37,592 nt of DNA from Methanobacteriota archaeon (GTDB lineage: Archaea > JAADCQ01 > Methanopyri > Methanopyrales > Methanopyraceae). Below the pieces are notes generated by a model that was not told the DNA's origin, made no database searches, and was given only the letters and a program-made list of their open reading frames with translations. Made by a program: the position numbers and the translations under genes. Positions 1 to 8,017 of this stretch are shown piece by piece. The stretch is from assembly GCA_027064305.1 (NCBI GenBank), contig JAMOPY010000033.1, positions 1 through 37,592 on the forward strand, given 5' to 3'. Each line of letters starts with the position of its first letter. Position 1 is the stretch's first letter.

Positions 1-37
1 GAGCCGGTGGTCCCGGGTTCAAATCCCGGCGGGCCCA
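1..37 (+). tRNA. 3' part of a tRNA gene (truncated by window start); isotype not visible
   Basis: GA-GCCGG (anticodon stem 3' strand), TGGTC, CCGGG-TTCAAAT-CCCGG (T arm), CGGGCCC (acceptor 3' strand), discriminator A. No encoded CCA. G37 plus A73 would fit tRNA-Pro, but the anticodon lies outside the window. Confidence 0.85.
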
Positions 38-43
38 CCCGCC

Positions 44-68
44 AATTGTTATGGAATTCGTAACAATT
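44..68. repeat. Dyad motif copy 1
   Basis: AATTGTTA-TGGAATTCG-TAACAATT, 6 bp after the tRNA end. Confidence 0.75.
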
Positions 69-224
69 TGCGCCGGGCCCGGTTCCGTCGGGTCACGTCG
101 TCCAGCGGCGCCGCCCGGGCGGTGGGGTGTCAACGTTCGGGCTACTTCCGGTTGTGATGGAAACGGTTACGGCTCCGACGCGTGCCCAGTTCACCCTAAG
201 TCGATCGGGCAGGGGGGAGGTGGG

Positions 225-1091
225 TTGGAGCCGTTCGCCCCGCTGGTCGTGGGCGTGGCGGCCTACAAGGGGGGTACGGGTAAGACCACCGTGGCGTTCA
301 ACGTCGGGATGGAGTTCGCGCGGCCCCGGGGCTACGGTGGCGTTCCGGCGTGCCCGACGGTCTTCATAGACTTTGACCCGCAGGGGCACAGGCGCTCCGG
401 TGGGGTCACCCTGAAGATGTTGTTCGAGGAGGGTCCGTTCAGGTTGAGGCACGTGGGGGTGGTGGAGGGGTTCGAGGTGCATCGCGTCGAGCTGGAGCCC
501 GACGGGTTCGAGGATCTGCTCGACGAGCGGGCCCCGGGCCTGGGTACGGCGTTGTTGGCCGTGCCGGCCCGTCAGAACTACCAGCGTGTCGCCGATCGGA
601 GGCACATTCGGCGATTGGTGGCTTGGGTGCACGACCTGGTGCGCGAGGGGGATGGGGACGCGCGGCCCCCGATCGCCTTCGTGGACACCCCGCCGATGAA
701 CGTCGAGGCGAAGTGGTTGCGTAGGGTGCTTCAGGCCTGCGACACCGTTATCCCCGTGACGGATCCGCGCTCGGTCAGGCAGGTTCGGAGGTTTCTGTCC
801 GACGGGGGTCTGGACGTTCGGGTGGTGGTGCTGAACAAGGTGTGGCCTCGGGGCACCTGTGAGTGGAAGAAGCTCGTGGAGCGGCTTAATCGGGTGCTTC
901 GGGACGTTCATGGGAGCGTCGACGTGGTGGACGTGGAGAACGCTCCGGTCATTCAGAGCGCGACCGACGCCGGGATCCCGCTGCGTATGCGCCGTTCTCG
1001 GCGGCCCGAGTACGAGGGTAGGTTCCGCGACGTTGCGAGGTTGGTGTACCTGGCGTGGCAGGCGCGGGATCACGTGCGGGGGGGTCGCTGA
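225..1091 (+). CDS. ParA/MinD-family ATPase
   Basis: Deviant Walker A KGGTGKTT, IDFDPQG, Walker B-like FVDTPP, VVLNKV. Start placed at TTG 225 after GGAGGT; the ORF is open from 51. Confidence 0.8.
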   Translation: MEPFAPLVVGVAAYKGGTGKTTVAFNVGMEFARPRGYGGVPACPTVFIDFDPQGHRRSGGVTLKMLFEEGPFRLRHVGVVEGFEVHRVELEPDGFEDLLDERAPGLGTALLAVPARQNYQRVADRRHIRRLVAWVHDLVREGDGDARPPIAFVDTPPMNVEAKWLRRVLQACDTVIPVTDPRSVRQVRRFLSDGGLDVRVVVLNKVWPRGTCEWKKLVERLNRVLRDVHGSVDVVDVENAPVIQSATDAGIPLRMRRSRRPEYEGRFRDVARLVYLAWQARDHVRGGR

Positions 1092-1094
1092 CGG

Positions 1095-1811
1095 GTGGAG
1101 TTGAGGTTGGAGGGGTCGCCCCGGGTTTTCGGCGTGGACGAGGAGTGGGCCAGGGCGGTGGTCGGGGCGGCCCGGGATGTGCTGGACGATCGTAGGGCCG
1201 AGGGGAGGACGCTGATCCGGCGGGTGGACGAGGTCTGGCCGGTGGGAAAGGCGGTCGCGCGGGTGGCTTCGGTCTTCCGGCGCTCGGCGCTGGGGTCGGG
1301 GGTGAACTCGCCCTGGGAGGCGCTCCGGGGGGTCCTGGGGTTGGATGAGGTTAAGTCGTCGCTCGTGGGTCGGCTGCGTAAGCTGGTGGAGGGTCGGAGT
1401 ACGTACGGTCTGCCGGCGCTCTCGCCGGAGGCGACGTTGGCGTGCTGGGGCGTCGACGGGGAGGGGCCGGTGGCCGCGCTGAGGGAGGTGTACCGGCGGT
1501 TGGACGTGCACCCGGTTCGGGGGCTCGTCGCGCTGGCGGTGTTGGAGGACGCGGCCGACGTGCTGTTGAGGGGGCTCGGGGAGGCGGCGGAGCGGTTGTC
1601 GGAGGGGTTCCGGCGGGCGTGGGACGAGCGGTCGGCGCGGCTGCTGGGGCTGTGTCTCTGCGCGTGGTTGTCGGAGCGGTTGGATGGGTTCGGTGAGTGG
1701 TGGGAGGGTGAGGACGGCGGCTGGCAGGGGCTTTACTCTCGGGTCAGGCGGGGGGAGTTGATCGAGCGGGTGGTGGAGGAGCGCGTCGGGGTGCGTCCGG
1801 GGAGTGGGTAG
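1095..1811 (+). CDS. Hypothetical protein, probably co-transcribed with the ParA gene
   Basis: 238-aa ORF starting 3 bp after the ParA stop, with normal protein-like composition and no recognised motif. Confidence 0.65.
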   Translation: MELRLEGSPRVFGVDEEWARAVVGAARDVLDDRRAEGRTLIRRVDEVWPVGKAVARVASVFRRSALGSGVNSPWEALRGVLGLDEVKSSLVGRLRKLVEGRSTYGLPALSPEATLACWGVDGEGPVAALREVYRRLDVHPVRGLVALAVLEDAADVLLRGLGEAAERLSEGFRRAWDERSARLLGLCLCAWLSERLDGFGEWWEGEDGGWQGLYSRVRRGELIERVVEERVGVRPGSG

Positions 1812-1870
1812 CGGTCGGTATGGGGCTGGGGCTCTTCATCCGCTCCGTGCCCACCGCTGTCCTCATCCCG
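1812..1870 (-). ncRNA. Box C/D sRNA candidate
   Basis: Minus strand: ATGAGGA (C), cagcggtgggca, CGGA (D'), gcgg, ATGAAGA (C'), gccccagccccata, CCGA (D); short cgg/ccg terminal stem. Confidence 0.7.
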
Positions 1871-1910
1871 GGGGTTGGGGTTTGGGTGGTCGGGTTTGGG
1901 GCTTGCCCGG

Positions 1911-1935
1911 AATCGTTCTGTGTTTCGTAACGATT
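1911..1935. repeat. Dyad motif copy 2
   Basis: AATCGTTC-TGTGTTTCG-TAACGATT, 22 bp past the polyferredoxin stop. Confidence 0.75.
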
Positions 1936-1957
1936 CTGAGGGGGCGTGGGGAGGGGG

Positions 1958-3028
1958 TTACTCCTTCTCCGTCGGGCCCAGGACGCGGTCGAGGGCGCGC
2001 TCCCAGGCCTTGGTGGGCAGGTCCGGCATCACGGTCACGTCCTCGCGCTCGACGGTGATCGCGTCCACCGGGCACGCGCGGGCGCAGGCGCCGCAGTAGG
2101 CGCACGCGTCCGGGTTGACGACGATCCGCGTCTTGCCGGCCGTGCCGCCCTTCTCGAACTCGAGGGCGTTGCACGGGCAGATCTCGACGCAGAGGCCGCA
2201 GCCGACGCACTCCTCGTCGTCGATCTCGATGCGGCCCTGGTAGGGCTTGGTGACCTCGATGGCGTCGACGGGGCAGACCTGCTCGCACCAGGAGCAGTAC
2301 ACGCAGCGGGCCCTGTCGACGTGGATCTCGCCCTTGACCTCGCCCTTCTCGGGCAGCTCGCCGCGGGTGGTCCCGTAGCAGATCTTGCAGCCGACCTTGA
2401 TCGCGTCCTCGGGGCACGTGCGCATGCACACGCCGCAGTACACGCACCGGTCCTCGTCGACCTCGATGGTGAACTCGGGCTCGGGGTCGGCGGCGCTGGG
2501 GGTGGGGCGCTTCACGGTGATCGCGTCGGCGGGGCAGGCCTCCTCGCAGGCCTTGCAGTAGATGCACTTCTCCTCGTCGATGTCGATCTCGCCCATGACG
2601 AGGTCACCGGGCGTGGGGACCTCGCGCTCGACGGTGATCGCGTCCTGCGGGCAGGTGTCCGCGCAGAGCCCGCAGTACACGCACCGCTCCTCGTCGATCG
2701 CGACGTCCTTGGGGAGCTTGGGGAGGCCGTGCTCGGTGGCGGGCTCGCCGTCGATGAGCAGGGTGATCGCGTCGTACGGGCAGACGAGGGCGCAGATGCC
2801 GCAGAGGGCGCACGTCTCCTCGTCCACGTCGATGGGGTCGGCGCCCTTGCGCGCGACGGTGGAGGGCTTCTCGACGGTGATCGCGTCGACGGGGCAGGCC
2901 CGCTCGCAGAGCCCGCAGGCGGCGCACCGGTTCATGTTCACGACGAGTTCCCGCGTCTCCGCGCCCTCGCGCACGATCCGCAGGGTGGGCGGGGAGACCT
3001 CCTTCACGGGCTGGAGCCCGTCCGTCAT
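1958..3028 (-). CDS. fwdF: Polyferredoxin with eight 4Fe-4S motifs, FwdF-like
   Basis: Eight CxxCxxCxxxCP motifs; 356 aa from ATG 3028; size and spacing resemble formylmethanofuran dehydrogenase subunit F. Confidence 0.75.
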   Translation of the reverse strand: MTDGLQPVKEVSPPTLRIVREGAETRELVVNMNRCAACGLCERACPVDAITVEKPSTVARKGADPIDVDEETCALCGICALVCPYDAITLLIDGEPATEHGLPKLPKDVAIDEERCVYCGLCADTCPQDAITVEREVPTPGDLVMGEIDIDEEKCIYCKACEEACPADAITVKRPTPSAADPEPEFTIEVDEDRCVYCGVCMRTCPEDAIKVGCKICYGTTRGELPEKGEVKGEIHVDRARCVYCSWCEQVCPVDAIEVTKPYQGRIEIDDEECVGCGLCVEICPCNALEFEKGGTAGKTRIVVNPDACAYCGACARACPVDAITVEREDVTVMPDLPTKAWERALDRVLGPTEKE

Positions 3029-3080
3029 TTGCGCGACCCCCAACTCCGGTGAGCTGCGCCACCCATCGTGCGCTCCCGTC

Positions 3081-3088
3081 TTATAAAT
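3081..3088 (-). promoter_or_regulatory. TATA box for the polyferredoxin gene
   Basis: ATTTATAA on the minus strand, about 53 bp upstream of the ATG, in a GC-rich background. Confidence 0.6.
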
Positions 3089-3158
3089 CGCGGTGTCGGG
3101 AGCCGGGGTATGGTAAGGTTTATTACGGGGTACTTGCGCGCCGCGCAACCCCGGCCCG

Positions 3159-3170
3159 AAAAAAGGGGGG
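3159..3170 (-). terminator. Oligo-T terminator after fdhB
   Basis: CCCCCC-TTTTTT on the minus strand just after the fdhB stop. Confidence 0.5.
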
Positions 3171-3175
3171 CGGGC

Positions 3176-4303
3176 CTACCCCTCCGCCCGCCCCGCCAAC
3201 CGCTCGAGGAGGTCGGGGAGCCGCTCGCGCAGGACGCCGTAGATCCGGGTCAGGGGGATCTCGGCGGGGCAGGCGGTCTCGCAGGCCCCGCACTCGACGC
3301 AGTACAGGGCGACGCACTGGGCGACGTGCGCGTGCCAGACGGGGGTGGGCGTCACCGACTCCCGGCCGGCGAAGGCCCAGCAGCCCTCCTCGCACGACGC
3401 GCACACGGGGCACACCTGCCGGCAGCTCCGGCACTTGATGCACCGGTCGAGCGCCTCCAGCGCCTCCGCCAGGTGATCCTCGTCCAGCGTCCTCTCCCGC
3501 CAGGAGCGGGCCATCTTCCGCATGATCTCGTCGATCTTCTCCCGGACCCGCACCGACCCCTCGGGCGCCTCCCGCACCTCCACCGCCCCGTCTTTCACGG
3601 CGCCGGCCAGCAGGTCGCGCCCGTCCTCCGTCTTGACCTCCACGAACGTCCACTCTCCCATCATCTCGTCCGGGACGCCCCAGTTGCCGCACGCCAGGTC
3701 CGCGCGCTCCGGGATGTTCTCGTCGCACCGGCGGCAGCTCTCCCGCCTCCCGGACCCCTTCTCCTCCAGATCGTCGATCGAGACCTTGATCTCCTCGCCG
3801 TCTCGAAGCTCGATGATCAGGTGGCCCTTGGCCACCTCCTCCCGCTCCACGTCCAGCGGGTCCACGCCGCGCTCCTCCAGGATCTCCAGCACGACCCTCG
3901 GCTCGAAGGTACCGCCGCAGTTGAGGCCGATCCGGTACACCCGGTCCGGGTTCACGAGGTCGCGCTCGGCCAGCCGGTCCAGCGCTCGGGCGTCGCAGGG
4001 ACGGCAGGTGACGGCGACGCGGAGCGTGGGGTCCTCCCGGTGCAGCTCGGCCACGAGCCGGGCCAGCTGGACGGGGGCGCAGTGGTAGGAGCCGGAGGGT
4101 ACCTCCGACGGGTCGTCTACGACGATGGGTCGCCCGTCCAGCGCGTCGGCGCCTCGCTCCACGCAGACGGCCACGTCCACCAAATCCTCCCGCAGCGCGT
4201 ACCGCAGCAGCTCCGTCACGACCCCGCCGCACGCGGCCTCCTCCACGGTCCCCTCGTCCGTGGACCGGGCGAGGTAGCACCCGCCGACCCGCACCTCGGT
4301 CAC
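3176..4303 (-). CDS. fdhB: F420-dependent formate dehydrogenase beta subunit (FrhB family)
   Basis: ACGGVVT, GSYHC, TCRPCD, IGLNCGG, RRESCRRC, ADLACGNWG and C-terminal 2[4Fe-4S] motifs; directly follows fdhA. Confidence 0.92.
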   Translation of the reverse strand: MTEVRVGGCYLARSTDEGTVEEAACGGVVTELLRYALREDLVDVAVCVERGADALDGRPIVVDDPSEVPSGSYHCAPVQLARLVAELHREDPTLRVAVTCRPCDARALDRLAERDLVNPDRVYRIGLNCGGTFEPRVVLEILEERGVDPLDVEREEVAKGHLIIELRDGEEIKVSIDDLEEKGSGRRESCRRCDENIPERADLACGNWGVPDEMMGEWTFVEVKTEDGRDLLAGAVKDGAVEVREAPEGSVRVREKIDEIMRKMARSWRERTLDEDHLAEALEALDRCIKCRSCRQVCPVCASCEEGCWAFAGRESVTPTPVWHAHVAQCVALYCVECGACETACPAEIPLTRIYGVLRERLPDLLERLAGRAEG

Positions 4304-4310
4304 GGTCCCC

Positions 4311-6362
4311 CTACCCCCTCCGGGTCGACCGGGGCGCGGGGCGGACGCGCGCGGGGACGCGCTTGTACTCCGGGATCCCCGCCTCCGGATCGAGGACGTC
4401 CGGCGGGGTCAGCGCGTTCTCCCCGAAGTGGAACGGCGTGAAGATCACGCCCTCCCGCACCCGATCGGTGACCCGCGCGCGGCACCGCCACTCGCCGTAC
4501 GGAGTCTCGACGATCACCTCCTCGCCGTCCTTCACCCCGTAGCGCTCCGCGTCCCTCGGGTGGATCTCAACGAATGACCCCGGCACCTCGTCGTTCAGGA
4601 GCCGGGAGCGCCCCGTGATCGTCCTCGTGTGGTAGTGCGCGTACACGCGCCCGGTCGTGAGGATCAGCGGGTACTCCTCGTCCACGTCTTGCTCCGGCTC
4701 CCGGTACTCCACGTCCTCGGGCCTCGGGAACCGGGCCCGCCCGTCCTCGGTGGCGAACCTCTCGGTGTGCAGGATGGGCGTTCCCGGGTGGTCCTCGCTC
4801 GGGCACGGCCAGTGGATGCCGCCCGGTCGCCGTCGGAGCCGGTCGTACGTGATCCCCCGGTACTGCGGGATGACGCGCCGGATCTCCTCGAAGACCTCGC
4901 GCGGGGACCGGTGGCCGAAGCCCTTGAGCCCCAGCCGTCGGGCCACCGCCTCGAGGATCCACCAGTCGGGTCGGGCCTCGCCCGGTGGGTCCACGATCCG
5001 CTCCGAGAGCTGGACGCGCCGGTCGGTCGCCGTGAAGGTGCCCGTGCGCTCCGCCCAGCCGGCGGCGGGCAGGACCAGGTCCGCCAGCTCCGCCGTCTCC
5101 GTCAGGTACAGGTCCTGCACGACGAGGAACTCCAGGTTCCGGAGCTTCCTGACCGCGTGGCGCGAGTTCGGCTCCGAGACCGCCGGGTTCTCACCGAAGA
5201 CGTACATCGCCGCGATCTCGTCCGAGTCGAACGCCTCCGGGAGCCGGAGCCCGGGCTCCTCCGGCACCTCGAACCCCCAGAGCCGGGCCATCTCCTCCGC
5301 CGCCTCCGGACCGACCCGCCGGTACCCGGGGAAGTGCGTGGCCAGCGCGCCCGCGTCGCAGGCGCCCTGCACGTTGTTCTGCCCGCGGAGCGGGTTGACG
5401 CCGGTGCCGGGTCGGCCCACGTTACCCGTCAGCAGGGCGAGCGCGCAGAGGGCCCGCAGCGTCCGGCAGGCGATGTCGTGCTGCGTGAGCCCCATGCAGT
5501 AGACGATGCAGCCACGGTCCGCCTCCGCGTACCGCACGGCCGCCTCCCGGACGTCCTCCGGGTCCACCCCGGCGATCCTCCGGACATCCTCCTCCGAGAC
5601 CGCCCCGCGAACGTGCTCCGCGAACGCCTCGAACCCGGTGGTCCGCTCCTCGATGAACCCCTCGTCGTGCAGCCCCTCCTCCAGGATCACCCGGGCCATG
5701 TACAGGAACACGACCAGGTCGGACCGCGGTCGCACCCGCAGGTGCAGGTCCGCCAGCTCCGCCACCAGCGTGCGCCGCGGGTCCAGCACGATCAGGTCGG
5801 CGCCGTCCTCGACCCCCTCCACGATCCTACGGTACACGATCGGGTGCTGCTCCGCCGTGTTCGAGCCCGCGACCAGGTAACAGTCCGCCTCGGCGAGGTC
5901 CGGGATCGAGTTGGTCATCGCCCCCGAACCGAAGACCTCGGACAGCGCGACCACGGTCGGGGCGTGTCACAGCCGCGCGCAGTGGTCCACGTTGTTCGTC
6001 CCGAGCGCGCGGGCCAGCTTCTGCCCGACGTAGTTGTCCTCGTTCGTGGCCTTGGCCGAGGTGACGAAGTACACCTCCTCCGGCCCGTAGGACCCGAGGG
6101 CCTCCGCCACCTCCTCGAGCGCCCGGCTCCACGAGAGCTCACGCAGCTCGCCCGACTCGGTCACCCGCGCCGGCCGCTCCAGCCGGTCCCGCCGGAACGC
6201 CTCCGGAGCCTCCCAGAGCTTGATGCACTGACGGCCCTCGTTGACCGGGTGCCGCCGCCACGGCTCCAGGATCTTAACCTCCTCCCCGTCGGTCCCCACC
6301 AGGATGCCGCAGCCGCACCCGCAGAACGGGCACACCTGCGGCACGAACCGCAGCCGGGCCAC
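4311..6362 (-). CDS. fdhA: Formate dehydrogenase alpha subunit, selenocysteine-containing (in-frame UGA at 5967-5969, codon 132)
   Basis: ORFs 5967..6779 and 4311..5954 are in the same frame and join as [28 protein letters not shown]. N-terminal CPFCGCGC, PLRGQNNVQGACD, molybdopterin-binding C-terminus; GTG start after GGGGGGAG. Confidence 0.93.
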
Positions 6363-6460
6363 CGGGTGCTCCCCCCTAACCCGAGCGACGGGGGCGCCCC
6401 CGGACCCGGGTTTCGGCCGCGGTTCCCCCGGGCCCGAGCCCCCGCGTGCGGGGGCCCTTC

Positions 6461-6498
6461 GGACCGACGGTCCCCTGCTTCGGGGTTCCCGACGGCCC
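6461..6498 (-). promoter_or_regulatory. Archaeal SECIS element in the fdhA 5' leader
   Basis: gggccgucgg-GAA-CCCC-gaagca-GGGG-A-ccgucggucc: lower stem, GAA/A internal loop and short G-C upper stem, matching the archaeal SECIS consensus. Confidence 0.85.
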
Positions 6499-6758
6499 AC
6501 ACCGGGGGCGGCCCGGGTTCCCCGCGGCTTACTCCCCGGGCCCGGAGGGGCGTCCCCGGTGACCGACGGTGCCGCGCCGGCTAAGCCACTCCCGGACCCC
6601 TGGGAAACGAAAGCGTGAACGTGGTTTCGACTCCCTCGTTCGTCGACACCCAGTTGTCGGTTCCGCACTGATGCCATCCGGTGATGTGAAGGTCGTCGGG
6701 TTCCCCAGGGTGGAGGGGACTCCCGTTGCCCCGTGACGAGGGTGAGAAATCGGAGGAG

Positions 6759-7769
6759 ATGATCCTGTACGGCGTTCACACGACCTTCGAGGAGGTGGCC
6801 AAGGCGGCGGTTCCCAAGTTCAGGACGACCCCGGGCCGGCTGCTGTACGCCGGGTTCATGGCGGGAGCGTTCATCGCCTTCGGTTTCACGCTCGCTACCA
6901 TCGCGGCCTGCGTGGCGAAGTTCCCGCCCTACGCGGTCGGAGGCACGTTCAACCAGCCCCTGTTCAAGCTGCTACTCGGCGCCGTCTTCCCCATGGGCCT
7001 GATCGCGGTGGTCATTGCCGGGGCCGACCTGTGGACGGGGAACGTGCAGTCCCTCGGCTCGGCCAAGGGGATGGGGTACGCCGACTGGCGCCACGTGATT
7101 TACAACTGGTTCGGCAGCTACGGGGGCAACTTCATCGGGTCCATCTTCCTGGCGCTCATGGCGGTCCCGCTGACCGGGCTCTTTGGCACCACCGGGCACC
7201 CGAACCCCTTCGGCCAGGCCGCCGTATCGATCGCGCAGAAGAAGGCCTCGCTGGACGCGATCTCGCTGTTCTTCCGCGGGGTCGGGTGCAACTGGCTGGT
7301 GAACTTGGCGGTGTGGCAGGCGGCGCGCGTTAAGGACGGGGCCGGTAAGATCCTGGCGATCTGGTTCCCGATCTTCGCGTTCGTCGCGATCGGCTACGAG
7401 CACGCCATCGCCAACATGTGGGTCATCCCGACGGCCGTCTTCGCCAGCGCTCACAAGGTCACCTGGTCCCAGCTCTTTTACAACCTGATGCCGGTGACCC
7501 TGGGCAACGCCGTCGGCGGGTTCCTCTTCGTGCCGTTCTACTACTGGTACCTCGGGCACCCGGAGCTCAGTACCAAGCGCGTCTACCGCGAGCTGCTCGA
7601 CTTCGTCGCGGTGACCCTGCTGTTCTTCGCGCTGGCCGTGCTCGTCCCGGCCGGGATCGCGTACGGGCTCGAGGCCGCCCTGAGGAAGGCCGCCACGTAC
7701 GTCGTGCCGACGGTGGTCTCGGCCTACTACGCGGCCGGGACCTTCGCGCTCCGGAGGATCGCCCGGTAG
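6759..7769 (+). CDS. fdhC: Formate/nitrite transporter (FNT family)
   Basis: GFMAGAFIAFG, GADLWTGN, GNFIG, CNWLVNLAVW, GYEHAIANM, VTLGNAVGG; ATG after GGAGGAG. Confidence 0.9.
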   Translation: MILYGVHTTFEEVAKAAVPKFRTTPGRLLYAGFMAGAFIAFGFTLATIAACVAKFPPYAVGGTFNQPLFKLLLGAVFPMGLIAVVIAGADLWTGNVQSLGSAKGMGYADWRHVIYNWFGSYGGNFIGSIFLALMAVPLTGLFGTTGHPNPFGQAAVSIAQKKASLDAISLFFRGVGCNWLVNLAVWQAARVKDGAGKILAIWFPIFAFVAIGYEHAIANMWVIPTAVFASAHKVTWSQLFYNLMPVTLGNAVGGFLFVPFYYWYLGHPELSTKRVYRELLDFVAVTLLFFALAVLVPAGIAYGLEAALRKAATYVVPTVVSAYYAAGTFALRRIAR

Positions 7770-7791
7770 CGCCCGGGGCGCCTTTCTTTTC
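7770..7791 (+). terminator. Short GC hairpin plus oligo-T terminator after fdhC
   Basis: cgcccggggcgc followed by CTTTCTTTTC. Confidence 0.45.
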
Positions 7792-7795
7792 GGGC

Positions 7796-7820
7796 AATCG
7801 TTTCGAGAGTGGTAACGATT
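7796..7820. repeat. Dyad motif copy 3
   Basis: AATCGTTT-CGAGAGTGG-TAACGATT (extended by GGC/GCC), right after the fdhC terminator. Confidence 0.75.
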
Positions 7821-8017
7821 GCCGGCTCGGCCTCGGTCCGGTCGCGCCCTGCTTCCGGATTGTGAAACCGGGTCGTTTTCCCGCGTTGGGTGGGGTTTCC
7901 TTTCGGTGGGTCCCGGGCGCGGTCCGCTTCGGGGTGGGTTCGTTCGGGGCGGGCCCGTTCGGAGCTCCCAATCAACATATTTTTCCGGGTCGTTCGGGCG
8001 GGGCGGGGGGTGCGCGC

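Noticed and set aside
154-179. Possible half C/D unit GTGATGG-guide-CCGA
   Set aside because: No matching C and D' boxes found upstream.
1870-1901. G-quadruplex-like tract GGGGG-TT-GGGG-TTT-GGG-TGGTC-GGG-TTT-GGGG
   Set aside because: G-runs are common in this G-skewed region, and nothing else supports a function.
4311-6779. fdhA as two genes or a pseudogene
   Set aside because: The single stop is at the Sec position and a SECIS is present.
6733-6783. C/D-like pattern GTGACGA...CGGA...ATGATCC
   Set aside because: Explained by the fdhC SD and start codon; no good D box.
7418-8017. 200-aa N-terminal extension of SerA
   Set aside because: It overlaps fdhC out of frame and crosses its terminator; SerA homology starts at ATG 8018.
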